Assembly (NCBI GenBank): GCA_002709385.1
Contig: PAQS01000040.1
Span: forward strand, 155,066 to 219,065
DNA from: Waddliaceae bacterium
Lineage (GTDB): Bacteria; Chlamydiota; Chlamydiia; Chlamydiales; GCA-2709385
DNA length: 64,000 nt
Reading direction: 5' to 3'
The position numbers and the translations under genes were made by a program. Of the stretch, positions 56,143 through 64,000 are shown piece by piece. Every line of letters starts with the position of its first letter. The first letter of the stretch is position 1. Below the pieces are notes generated by a model. The model saw only the letters and a list, made by a program, of their open reading frames with translations. It did not search any database and had not been told where the DNA came from.

Positions 56143-56440
56143 TGCCATAAAATCGGTGGACGTGCTGTTTCATCGTTTTGGAAAAACGGCACGTCTAATC
56201 TTTGCGGATGAAACGGAAATTGAGGCGCTGGTGATCCATCGCCTGCCAGACAAAATCACAGATGTGTTTGATGCGCGGGTGCATTCGGAAACCGATATGT
56301 TTGAAGTGCGCCTGAGTGATATTCCTTCTGGCAACACGCTAGGGTCTATTGTTGTGGATGACAAGCGTTACACCATGCAGGGCGAACCCATCAAAGATCA
56401 GCATAATCTTATTTTAAAGGTAGATGCTTATGCGGTTTAA
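56126..56440 (+). CDS. head-tail joining protein (FII/gp6-like position)
   Basis: I prefer the ATG at 56126 (MTFRNSAIKSVDVLFHRFGKTARLIF...), which overlaps the upstream stop. The size and pattern are typical of head-tail joining proteins. Confidence 0.55.
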   Translation: MTFRNSAIKSVDVLFHRFGKTARLIFADETEIEALVIHRLPDKITDVFDARVHSETDMFEVRLSDIPSGNTLGSIVVDDKRYTMQGEPIKDQHNLILKVDAYAV

Positions 56441-57086
56441 AGCAGCTCTTGAGGGCGATCTTAAAAAACACATGAAGGAAGAGTATCACACGGCAGAGCG
56501 CGCCGTTACGCTCGGTATTCGTGAAGCCACAAATGGTTTAAAAATGTCCATGCGTCGCCAGGTACATTCGTCAGGTTTGGGACAACGTATGGCAAACACA
56601 TGGCGCGGTGACATTTACCCGCGTGGACAGAACTCTATTCGGGCGGCGGGGATGGTTTACAGCAAAGCCAGCAAAATCATGGCAGGCTTTGATGAAGGCA
56701 CGGTCATTAAATCAAAAGATGGTTGGTGGTTGGCTGTTCCAACGCCAAATGCGCCAAAGCGCGGTATGGGTGGTAAGCGGATTAATCCCTCCAACTTCCC
56801 TGAACATCGCTATGGCAAACTCCGCTTTGTGTATCGACGCAACGGGCCGTCATTATTAGTGGTCGAAAATGTTCAGGCGTCTTACAGCCGTAAAACAGGT
56901 GATATGCGGGGTTTTCGTAAAGCCAGCCAGAGAAACCTGAAAACAGGCCGTAATCTCTCAACCGCTGTGATGTTCTGGCTTGTGCCTCAAGTAAAGCTAC
57001 CAAAGCTGATCCGTTTCGATGAAGAAGCCAAGCGCTGGTATGACAAACTACCACGGCTGATTTTGAAGAACTGGCCGGATAGTTAA
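56424..57086 (+). CDS. phage neck / head-completion protein (DUF6441-like, uncertain)
   Basis: 220 aa. It overlaps the upstream stop. The family is assigned from memory only. Confidence 0.45.
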   Translation: MLMRFKAALEGDLKKHMKEEYHTAERAVTLGIREATNGLKMSMRRQVHSSGLGQRMANTWRGDIYPRGQNSIRAAGMVYSKASKIMAGFDEGTVIKSKDGWWLAVPTPNAPKRGMGGKRINPSNFPEHRYGKLRFVYRRNGPSLLVVENVQASYSRKTGDMRGFRKASQRNLKTGRNLSTAVMFWLVPQVKLPKLIRFDEEAKRWYDKLPRLILKNWPDS

Positions 57087-57161
57087 CAGTAAATAAATGA
57101 CAAAAAGCAAACTGAAAGTTTGTTTATTGCACTATTTTTAATGATTTATTGAGTCTTTGAG

Positions 57162-57190
57162 TTGACTATCATTAAAAAAATGACTATAAA
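57162..57190 (+). promoter_or_regulatory. near-consensus promoter TTGACT-N17-TATAAA for the AbiE pair
   Basis: Counted directly from the sequence. The -10 element ends 6 nt before the ATG at 57197 and no SD is visible, so the transcript may be leaderless. The direct repeat TGACTAT occurs at 57163 and 57181. Confidence 0.45.
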
Positions 57191-57196
57191 CATACT

Positions 57197-57967
57197 ATGA
57201 GTGTGTCAAATGATAAAAAATTAAAGAATCTTTTGGAGCAGTGGCCTGCAGGGTTTGCTGCCACTTTTCAATGGATGCAAACTTTAGGCATAACCACTCA
57301 ATTAACTCAGAGATATCTCAAGAGTGGTTGGATAGAGTCGATAGGGCGTGGAGCCTATAAAAAAACTAAAGATAAGGTGGAGTGGTATGGTGCATTAGCC
57401 AGCATTCAGCAGCAATTATTCACGCCTGTGCATTTAGGCGGACCAACAGCACTAGCAGTACAAGGGTCTTCTCATTATGTGCGAGTTGGAAAGGAAAGAA
57501 TATTTGTGTTCTCAGTGCCACAGCAAAGATTGCCCAGCTGGTTTTTGAAGCACGATTGGGGGCAACCTATAGAATGTATAAAAACGTCATTTTTATCTCA
57601 AGACCTTGGAATAAAAGAAGATGACTGCAATGGCTTCCCTGTACGAATGTCGTCACGGGAACGCGCTATATTAGAAAGCCTCTATTTAAGTCCGCAGCAT
57701 TTTGATTTGTTGGAATGTTACCAAATGATGGAAGGAATGAATGATATACGACCTAATCTGGTTCAGGAATTATTGGTTCAATGCAAATCTATCCGTGTGA
57801 AACGATTATTCTTATACATGGCAAGTAAAGCCAAGTTACCAGTCTTGGAATATCTGGATTTAAATAAAGTAGACCTTGGAACTGGAGACCGTTCTATCGT
57901 TGAAAATGGTGTTTATGATCCTCAATATAAAATCAGCATACCGAAAGAATTAGCAAATTATGTTTGA
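57197..57967 (+). CDS. AbiEi-family (AbiEi_3-type) antitoxin / transcriptional regulator
   Basis: The sequence LLEQWPAGFAATFQWMQTLGITTQLTQRYLKSGWIESIGRGAYKK..VEWYGALASIQQQL..VHLGGPTALAVQG matches the AbiEi N-terminal wHTH pattern. Confidence 0.8.
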   Translation: MSVSNDKKLKNLLEQWPAGFAATFQWMQTLGITTQLTQRYLKSGWIESIGRGAYKKTKDKVEWYGALASIQQQLFTPVHLGGPTALAVQGSSHYVRVGKERIFVFSVPQQRLPSWFLKHDWGQPIECIKTSFLSQDLGIKEDDCNGFPVRMSSRERAILESLYLSPQHFDLLECYQMMEGMNDIRPNLVQELLVQCKSIRVKRLFLYMASKAKLPVLEYLDLNKVDLGTGDRSIVENGVYDPQYKISIPKELANYV

Positions 57968-58859
57968 AGCCTATAACGAAAAACTGAAACTTCTGATCAA
58001 GGTTTTGCCAATGGTTGCCGAGGAAAATTGTTTTGCTTTGCACGGCGGTACGGCTATCAACTTATTTGTACATGATCTTCCACGCCTTTCGGTAGATATC
58101 GATCTGACTTATCTTCCTATTGAAGATAGGCCTACAACATTAAAAGGAATTGGTGACGCTCTTTTAAGGATCAAGGAAAAGGTCGAGGCAAAGATACCGC
58201 ATTCTCGTGCTGTTCATAAAGATGATATTGGCAAACTTATTATTTCATTGCATCGCACGGAAATAAAGCTCGAGGTTAATCTTGTTGGTCGTGGCACTTT
58301 GTCAGACCCTGTCAGAATGCCTGTTTGCAAACAGGTTCAGGATATATACGGGTCGTTTATGGCTATGCCAATTGTGCCAATCGGCCAGCTTTATGGCGGT
58401 AAAATATGTGCGGCGCTGGATCGTCAGCATCCCAGAGATTTGTTTGATGTAAAACTCTTGATGGAAAATGAAGGTTTCTCGGATGATGTTCGCACGGGCT
58501 TTTTACTCTGCCTTCTATGCAGTGATCGCCCGATCAACGAAGTTCTTGTGCCGAATTTTCAAGATCAACGTCAAGCCATGGAAAGACAGTTTACAGGCAT
58601 GAGCGATGTCGAATTTACTTACGATGATTTTGAAACAACGCGTGAACAGCTTGTCGAGACCGTTAATAAAAGCCTCACAGCAAAAGATAAAGAATTTTTG
58701 CTGAGCGTAAAAAACTGTGAGCCGGATTGGAGCATTTATGATTTTGAACGTTTCCCTGCTGTGCAATGGAAACTGCAAAATTTACGCAAGTTAAAAGAAA
58801 GCAACCCTGATAAGCATAAGCAGCTTTATGAGGCTTTGAAGGAAAAGCTCGAAGGATAA
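57960..58859 (+). CDS. AbiEii/AbiGii-family nucleotidyltransferase toxin
   Basis: The NTase core is LHGGTAINLFVHDLPRLSVDIDLTY, with ..YGGKICAALDRQHPRDLFD downstream. The start overlaps the AbiEi stop by 8 nt. Confidence 0.85.
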   Translation: MFEAYNEKLKLLIKVLPMVAEENCFALHGGTAINLFVHDLPRLSVDIDLTYLPIEDRPTTLKGIGDALLRIKEKVEAKIPHSRAVHKDDIGKLIISLHRTEIKLEVNLVGRGTLSDPVRMPVCKQVQDIYGSFMAMPIVPIGQLYGGKICAALDRQHPRDLFDVKLLMENEGFSDDVRTGFLLCLLCSDRPINEVLVPNFQDQRQAMERQFTGMSDVEFTYDDFETTREQLVETVNKSLTAKDKEFLLSVKNCEPDWSIYDFERFPAVQWKLQNLRKLKESNPDKHKQLYEALKEKLEG

Positions 58860-58865
58860 ACAAAC

Positions 58866-59300
58866 ATGACATCAAAACGAGAACAGGCCTTAGCGGGCCT
58901 TTTTTTATGCCTGCAAAATGAGATGAGCGGTGTTGCGGTTTTGAGGAATGAGCCATTGCCCACCAAAATCTCTGCATCGGGATTATTGATTTTGCGTGAT
59001 GGCGATGCGGGAGAGCCTGAAATAACGCTCTCCCCGACCAGGTATCACTATGCCCATGTTGCAGAATTGGAGGTGCTGGTACAAAAACCAAAACCCGATG
59101 AGCGTGATGCTGCATTGGATGAATTGTTGGTAGCGCTGGGTAACACGCTCAGCGCTGATCGGGCGCTCTCAGGTGCGGTGGATTACATGTCCATCGGCTC
59201 ACCTGAATTTTTAACCGAAGCCGTGGAAGGTGCGCCCGCTATTAAGGCGGCAGTCGTGCCGATCACGCTCGAATACACAACCCTTAACCCACTTCAATAA
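58866..59300 (+). CDS. tail terminator / tail completion protein (gpU position)
   Basis: 144 aa, placed immediately upstream of the tube gene. The assignment rests on position and size. Confidence 0.45.
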   Translation: MTSKREQALAGLFLCLQNEMSGVAVLRNEPLPTKISASGLLILRDGDAGEPEITLSPTRYHYAHVAELEVLVQKPKPDERDAALDELLVALGNTLSADRALSGAVDYMSIGSPEFLTEAVEGAPAIKAAVVPITLEYTTLNPLQ

Positions 59301-59314
59301 AGGAGAAACATATA

Positions 59315-60256
59315 ATGTCACGCGCTTACGGGTGGAATGCCCGCATGTTACTTGGTTTTGAAACCACATATGGTACACCCCCGAATTCGGGGGCTTTTCA
59401 TGTCATCCCCTTTGTGTCGTCTGATTTGGACTCGGCACAAGGGTTGATTGAATCCAATGTTCTGGGGCTAGGTCGTGATCCGACTGCGCCGTTTCAGGAT
59501 GTGATCAATGTGGACGGTGATATTGTTGTGCCGGTTGATCTTCGCAATATCGGTCTATGGCTCAAAGCCATGTTTGGTGCGCCAACCACCACAGGTGATG
59601 ATCCTTATACCCACGAGTTTAAATCAGGTGCAATCACACTGCCCAGTATTGCAGTGGAAGTTGGTTTACCTGAAATCCCTGACTTCCCTCTATTCACAGG
59701 CGTGCGTGCCAACAGCATCGCCTTTAATTTTGCCCGATCTGGTGAGGCACAAATCACCGTTGGCTTGATTGGTCAGGGCGAAACAGCGCAAACGGTCACG
59801 TGTGATGCCAATCCGAGCCAAGCCGATTACACACGGTTTTCGCAATTCCAAGGTTCGGTCAAACAAGGCGGTCAGGCGCTGGGGAATGTAACCTCAGCGG
59901 CGCTCACATATAGCAACAATCTGGAGCGTATCGAAACTATCCGTGATGACGGCAAGATCGACGGCGTAGACCCCGGCGTTGCGTCTTTAAGCGGGAATAT
60001 CACCGTGCGTTATGCCGATACCACATTGATGGATGCGGCGCGTGCCGGCATACCGATTGATCTGGAATTATCCTATATCATCGATGCCAATCGCCAGCTG
60101 GTCATTGAATGCCACGAGGTTTATTTGCCGAAGCCGAAACGATCCATTTCAGGGCCGAATGGCATTGAAGCGTCTTACGACTATCAAGGCGCAAAAGATG
60201 CTGTGCTGGGCAACATGGTTACAATCACTCTTATCAACGATGTGGAGACTTATTAA
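59315..60256 (+). CDS. major tail tube protein (gpV position)
   Basis: 313 aa with beta-rich sequence. It sits between the terminator-like and chaperone genes. Confidence 0.6.
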   Translation: MSRAYGWNARMLLGFETTYGTPPNSGAFHVIPFVSSDLDSAQGLIESNVLGLGRDPTAPFQDVINVDGDIVVPVDLRNIGLWLKAMFGAPTTTGDDPYTHEFKSGAITLPSIAVEVGLPEIPDFPLFTGVRANSIAFNFARSGEAQITVGLIGQGETAQTVTCDANPSQADYTRFSQFQGSVKQGGQALGNVTSAALTYSNNLERIETIRDDGKIDGVDPGVASLSGNITVRYADTTLMDAARAGIPIDLELSYIIDANRQLVIECHEVYLPKPKRSISGPNGIEASYDYQGAKDAVLGNMVTITLINDVETY

Positions 60257-60786
60257 TGTTAAAACTCAATATTCAAACAGAAGCTTATTGGCTTGAACTT
60301 GGTCTGGGCGTGAAGGTAAAAGTGCGCCCATGCACTAGCCCGATTTTTTATGCCGCGCGGGCTTTCATGAACAAACGCCTGACGGAGTTAGGCGCAGAAT
60401 ACCGCAAGCGAAAAGAGATCGGCGCATCGGTGGATGATTTACCTGATGTCGAAAATCCTGAAATTCGTGAGGCACTGGCCGAGGAATATCTGGCACGGGG
60501 ACTAGCCCGCTCAGCCATTATTGATTGGGACGGTATTTTGGAATCGACCGGTGATGATAAAGCGCCTGTCACTCCTGAAAAGATTGATGAGCTGATGACA
60601 GGGTTTTGGTCAATCGCTGCCAGTTTCTCTGAGCAATACACAGGCGTGCGGGAGCTGATCGAAGCTGAAAAAAAAGACTTGAGCGCCGCGCCGAATGGCA
60701 CTTCGGAGACGGCGCAGGATATTGCGGGAACTGCCCCGAAACGTGTGCGGAATGCCCGTTCGAAAAAAACAGCCCGCAAAGCCTAG
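60256..60786 (+). CDS. tail assembly chaperone (gpG-like)
   Basis: 176 aa and acidic. It has a TAATG overlap with the tube gene and lies directly upstream of the tape measure gene. Confidence 0.6.
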   Translation: MLKLNIQTEAYWLELGLGVKVKVRPCTSPIFYAARAFMNKRLTELGAEYRKRKEIGASVDDLPDVENPEIREALAEEYLARGLARSAIIDWDGILESTGDDKAPVTPEKIDELMTGFWSIAASFSEQYTGVRELIEAEKKDLSAAPNGTSETAQDIAGTAPKRVRNARSKKTARKA

Positions 60787-60965
60787 AGGGTTTTCAAGCA
60801 TGGGATATTGCCGTTCGCATATCCCCACAAATCAGAAACAGCTTTCCTTTATCCGAAGCCTTAAGTCTGGCATCCGCGCTGGGCTATGACATGGCGGTGA
60901 TGGGAGAGCTGTTGCCTGCATTATCAACCGGTATCACCAAAGCCTTAATGGCTCATAAGGAATAA
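60256..60965 (+). CDS. candidate -1 frameshift fusion chaperone (gpGT-like)
   Basis: The -1 frame is open from 60669 to the TAA at 60963-60965, 10 nt before the tape measure ATG. A-runs lie at 60668-60675 and 60763-69 in the overlap (see finding). Confidence 0.45.
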
Positions 60966-60975
60966 TTAAACCGCC

Positions 60976-63900
60976 ATGCGTTCACAAAAAAACATGTCAA
61001 TCCGCCTTGCCGTGGTGGACGGGAAAAAGGTTGAGGATACCTTTTCTCGTATCGGGCGTACGGGTGAACAGGCTTTTGAGCGTATTGAGCGTTCGACTAA
61101 GCCCGCCAGTGTGGGCTTAAAGGCCGTTGATACCACAGCCCGTGCCTTGAATAATGTGTTTCGTCAAGCGGCAGGACTTGTGGCGGCTTATGCTGGGATT
61201 TCCGGCATTATTTCTTCTGTGCGCTCCGTCAATGAAACCGGTATGGCGTTTCAGGGCTTAGGAACGGCGCTGGAAACCATTACAGGCTCAAGCGCCGGTG
61301 CGCGTGAGGAAATGAAATTCCTCGAAGAACAAGCCGAGCGATTGGGCTTAAATCTCTTGGAAACAGCGCAATCTTATATGCAGATTGCTGCTGCCGCCAA
61401 AGGGACGGAACTTGCGGGCGATGGCACACGCCAGATCTTCACCGCCATTGCCGAAGCCTCCACTGTGCTTCAGCTTTCTGTTGATCAAACCAATGGTGCG
61501 CTCCGTGCCATCGGGCAAATCATGTCCAAGGGTAAGGTTCAGGCTGAAGAATTGCGCGGGCAATTGGGTGAGCGGCTTTATGGTGCATTCCAGCTTGCCG
61601 CACGCGGTATGGGCATTACCACGGCAGAGCTTGATAAAATGCTGGAGCAAGGTCAGGTTATTGCCGAAGATTTCCTGCCAAAATTTGCTGCGGAAATTCG
61701 CAAAACATTCTCCGATGGTGTGCCTGCCGCATCCATGACGGCGCGCGCGGAAATGAACCGCTTTAATAATGCGATTTTAGAAATTGAACGCACCATCGCC
61801 GCATCCGGCTTTTTGGATGGTATGACCCAAGGTTACCGTACCCTGACTGCAACGCTCGAAGATCCTGCGGTAGTCGATGCCGCTCGAGAATTAGGGCAAA
61901 CACTCGGCTCTGCCATTGCAACAGCAGCGGAAGGCCTTTCTTTTCTGATAGAGAATGCCGATTTGGCTGTCACGGCACTTGGTGGACTGGTGATTGCCCG
62001 CACAGTTGCGGGTGCGGTAACTCTTTTGAATGCATCCATTGCAGGCAATGCAGGATTGATTGTTGGTCTCCAGATGGCAAACAGCATTTCGACCGCCTTT
62101 GCTATCCGTCTTGTGGCGGTGGAAGCGGCCACCAAACTGGCAACATTGGCGATGGTGGGATTCCGCTCTGCCTTAATGTTGGTGGGTGGCCCTGTGGGGC
62201 TGGCTGTTTTGGCAGGCATTGCCGTTTTGAAACTGGCATCCGGTCACGATGCTGCAGCAAAAGCCGCCCGTGATCATGCGGAAGAATTAAAGGAGATCAA
62301 GGAAGAACTTGGCAAAACCGCCGAGGCGGCATCGGACTTAAGTGAGGCATTAAGTGAAAGCGAGAGCGTTTACCGTTTTACCAAGCAACTGGAAACGGCA
62401 AAAGAAAATATCATCGATCTGCAAAAGGAATTAAAATTCGGTGGCATTGGCGGTTTTTGGGATCAATTCAGCCGTTTTGGAAAACCGCTTCAAAATGAAT
62501 TGTATCAAATTCGCCAAGCCTTCAATCAAGGCAAGCTATCAGCAACGGAATATTCGGAAGCGTTATTCAAACTGGCAACCAAATATCCTGATTTCGGGGA
62601 ACAAGCCGAAGAAGTGCAACAGCAGGTGTTTGCGTTACTCGCGGCAGAACGTGCCGCTAAAAAAGCTGCCGCCGCGCTGGATGAATTACGAAATCCAAAA
62701 ACCAAGATTGCTGCACCTGAAACGCCAACGTCATCAGCCCCTGCGGAAGTGATCCCTGATCTATCGGATGCCGATAAAAAACGCATCACAGATCGCATCA
62801 CGGAATTACATGCAGAAGAACAAGCGCTTCAACGCTTAAATGCTGCACGTAATCAGGGCGAAACGGCTGTGCGCCGTGCCATGATTGCCAATGAACAGGA
62901 TCAGGCTTTACGCCGATTGGGCTTGGATGTCACCGGCGCGCAAAGTGATGAGCAAAAAGCTTATGCCGATCAGGTCAAATCGCTGGTGGGTGATATTTAT
63001 CAATTGCAGGAAGCAGATAAAAACTACCAAGACACTGTCCGTGAAAATAATAAGTTAACGCAAGAACGTGAACGGTTGGTTGAAGATGTGCGCCAGAAAT
63101 ATGATGCGCTGGATACGTCTTTATCGGCGGCGATTAAACGCGCGGGCGAATGGCGCGGCGAAGCCTTAACAGGCCTTGATGCCACCAAGACAGGCTATGC
63201 CGATTTTGCTGCACAGGTTGATGCGGTTTATAACGATATGATCGCCAAAGCTCGTGATGAAGATCTGCAAAATTCCAAAAAATGGGAAGATGGTATCAAA
63301 CGCGGATTGCAAAGCGTTATTGATGAAGCCGACGATATGGCGAGCAAGGCTGAACGCGGTGTGACCTCCATGTTTAAAAGCATGGAAGATGTGCTGGTTA
63401 GTTTTGTCACGACGGGTAAGCTGGATTTTAAATCCATGGCGGATTCCATCATTGCCGATATGGTGCGGATGCAAATCCAATCCAGCATCACAAAACCATT
63501 GGCGGGTGCGCTCGGTGGTTTTCTGGGTGATATTGCAGGGTCAATCTTTGGTGCGCCTGCGGGCACTGGTACGGCCTCCACAGCCACGGCTCATACTGGC
63601 GGTGTGATTGGCAGCGACACTTTACGCATGCGTTCGGTCAGTCCTGCGGTGTTTGCAAATGCGCCTCGTTTTCACACTGGTGGTATCGTTGGCAATGAGG
63701 TGCCGATTATCGCCAAACAAGGTGAAGCTGTCTTTACTCCAGGTCAAATGAAACTGCTGGGCGGTGCGTTGCAATCCAAGCCAAATGTGAATGTGTCTGT
63801 CCGTGTTGAAAATAATGCCAGCAATGCTCAGGCCAGAGCCGATGTTAGTCGTGATAGCGCAGGCAACATGGACTTAAAAATCATCATCGAGGAAGTGGAA

Positions 63901-63996
63901 GGCAATCTATCGCGCAATATCGGACGCGGTGAAGGTTTAGCGCCGACGCTCGAGCGTCGTTATGGCCTCAATCCTGCGGCGGGGAGTTACAGGTAA
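60976..63996 (+). CDS. tail tape measure protein (lambda gpH-like)
   Basis: 1006 aa and long, helical, Ala/Glu/Leu-rich. It contains a hydrophobic GxxxG-rich segment and a C-terminal PRFHTGGIVG..PIIAKQGEAVFTPGQ motif. The next gene's ATG (63997) overlaps its stop. Confidence 0.85.
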   Translation: MRSQKNMSIRLAVVDGKKVEDTFSRIGRTGEQAFERIERSTKPASVGLKAVDTTARALNNVFRQAAGLVAAYAGISGIISSVRSVNETGMAFQGLGTALETITGSSAGAREEMKFLEEQAERLGLNLLETAQSYMQIAAAAKGTELAGDGTRQIFTAIAEASTVLQLSVDQTNGALRAIGQIMSKGKVQAEELRGQLGERLYGAFQLAARGMGITTAELDKMLEQGQVIAEDFLPKFAAEIRKTFSDGVPAASMTARAEMNRFNNAILEIERTIAASGFLDGMTQGYRTLTATLEDPAVVDAARELGQTLGSAIATAAEGLSFLIENADLAVTALGGLVIARTVAGAVTLLNASIAGNAGLIVGLQMANSISTAFAIRLVAVEAATKLATLAMVGFRSALMLVGGPVGLAVLAGIAVLKLASGHDAAAKAARDHAEELKEIKEELGKTAEAASDLSEALSESESVYRFTKQLETAKENIIDLQKELKFGGIGGFWDQFSRFGKPLQNELYQIRQAFNQGKLSATEYSEALFKLATKYPDFGEQAEEVQQQVFALLAAERAAKKAAAALDELRNPKTKIAAPETPTSSAPAEVIPDLSDADKKRITDRITELHAEEQALQRLNAARNQGETAVRRAMIANEQDQALRRLGLDVTGAQSDEQKAYADQVKSLVGDIYQLQEADKNYQDTVRENNKLTQERERLVEDVRQKYDALDTSLSAAIKRAGEWRGEALTGLDATKTGYADFAAQVDAVYNDMIAKARDEDLQNSKKWEDGIKRGLQSVIDEADDMASKAERGVTSMFKSMEDVLVSFVTTGKLDFKSMADSIIADMVRMQIQSSITKPLAGALGGFLGDIAGSIFGAPAGTGTASTATAHTGGVIGSDTLRMRSVSPAVFANAPRFHTGGIVGNEVPIIAKQGEAVFTPGQMKLLGGALQSKPNVNVSVRVENNASNAQARADVSRDSAGNMDLKIIIEEVEGNLSRNIGRGEGLAPTLERRYGLNPAAGSYR

Positions 63997-64000
63997 ATGA

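Larger units (their letters stand above)
51164..64000 (+). mobile_element. lambda-like tailed-phage morphogenesis block (incomplete prophage or foreign segment), continuing beyond the window
   Basis: G+C rises abruptly. All genes lie on the plus strand, tightly packed with overlapping stop/start codons. The order is portal, protease/scaffold, decoration, capsid, connector genes, terminator, tube, G/GT chaperone, tape measure. Confidence 0.85.

Noticed and set aside
60695-60889. 64-aa +1-frame ORF at the chaperone/tape-measure gap, considered as the gpT-like partner
   Set aside because: It is Arg-rich shadow sequence that ends well before the tape measure gene. The -1 frame ends 10 nt before the tape measure ATG and is reachable through A-run slip sites, so it fits the conserved G/GT architecture better.

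Overview
The window has two parts.

(1) Positions 1 to ~51,163 are AT-rich chromosome of an obligate-intracellular, environmental-Chlamydiae-type bacterium.
- Lineage markers: two tandem NTT/Tlc nucleotide translocases, and a tolQ-tolR-tolA-like-tolB-pal cluster placed divergently from dsbD-tatD-(giant secreted protein)-sdhCAB. From memory this order matches conserved chlamydial synteny.
- Other genes: a eukaryote-like LRR protein, a pseudo-receiver GGDEF protein, and a DUF1302-DUF1329-BNR-RND envelope cluster.
- Housekeeping and transport: mnmG, dnaB, a POT peptide transporter interrupted by a nonsense codon next to an OppA-like binding protein, an Atm1-like ABC exporter, a metal ABC importer, and two tRNA-Ser genes.

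(2) At ~51,164, immediately after the acceptor stem of tRNA-Ser(GGA), the sequence switches abruptly to clearly higher G+C. The new sequence starts inside a lambda-family portal gene that lacks its 5' end.
- It then runs in lambda order to the window end: S49 prohead protease with a nested scaffold start, gpD-like decoration protein, gpE-like major capsid protein, head-tail joining genes, tail terminator, tail tube, a G/GT-type chaperone with a candidate -1 frameshift, and a 1006-aa tape measure.
- Two AT-rich morons interrupt this block. One is a ribbon-helix-helix::YfbU-domain fusion with its own promoter-like site, operator-like repeats and a strong terminator. The other is an AbiEi/AbiEii (type IV TA / abortive infection) pair.
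- No integrase, terminase, repressor or lysis gene is present in the window.

The main item for follow-up is this tailed-phage block, with its two candidate defence morons, fused to a chlamydia-like chromosome. It is either a highly unusual prophage remnant or a chimeric join, and the sequence alone cannot decide. No rRNA genes or CRISPR arrays were seen. G+C statements are by-eye estimates, not computed.
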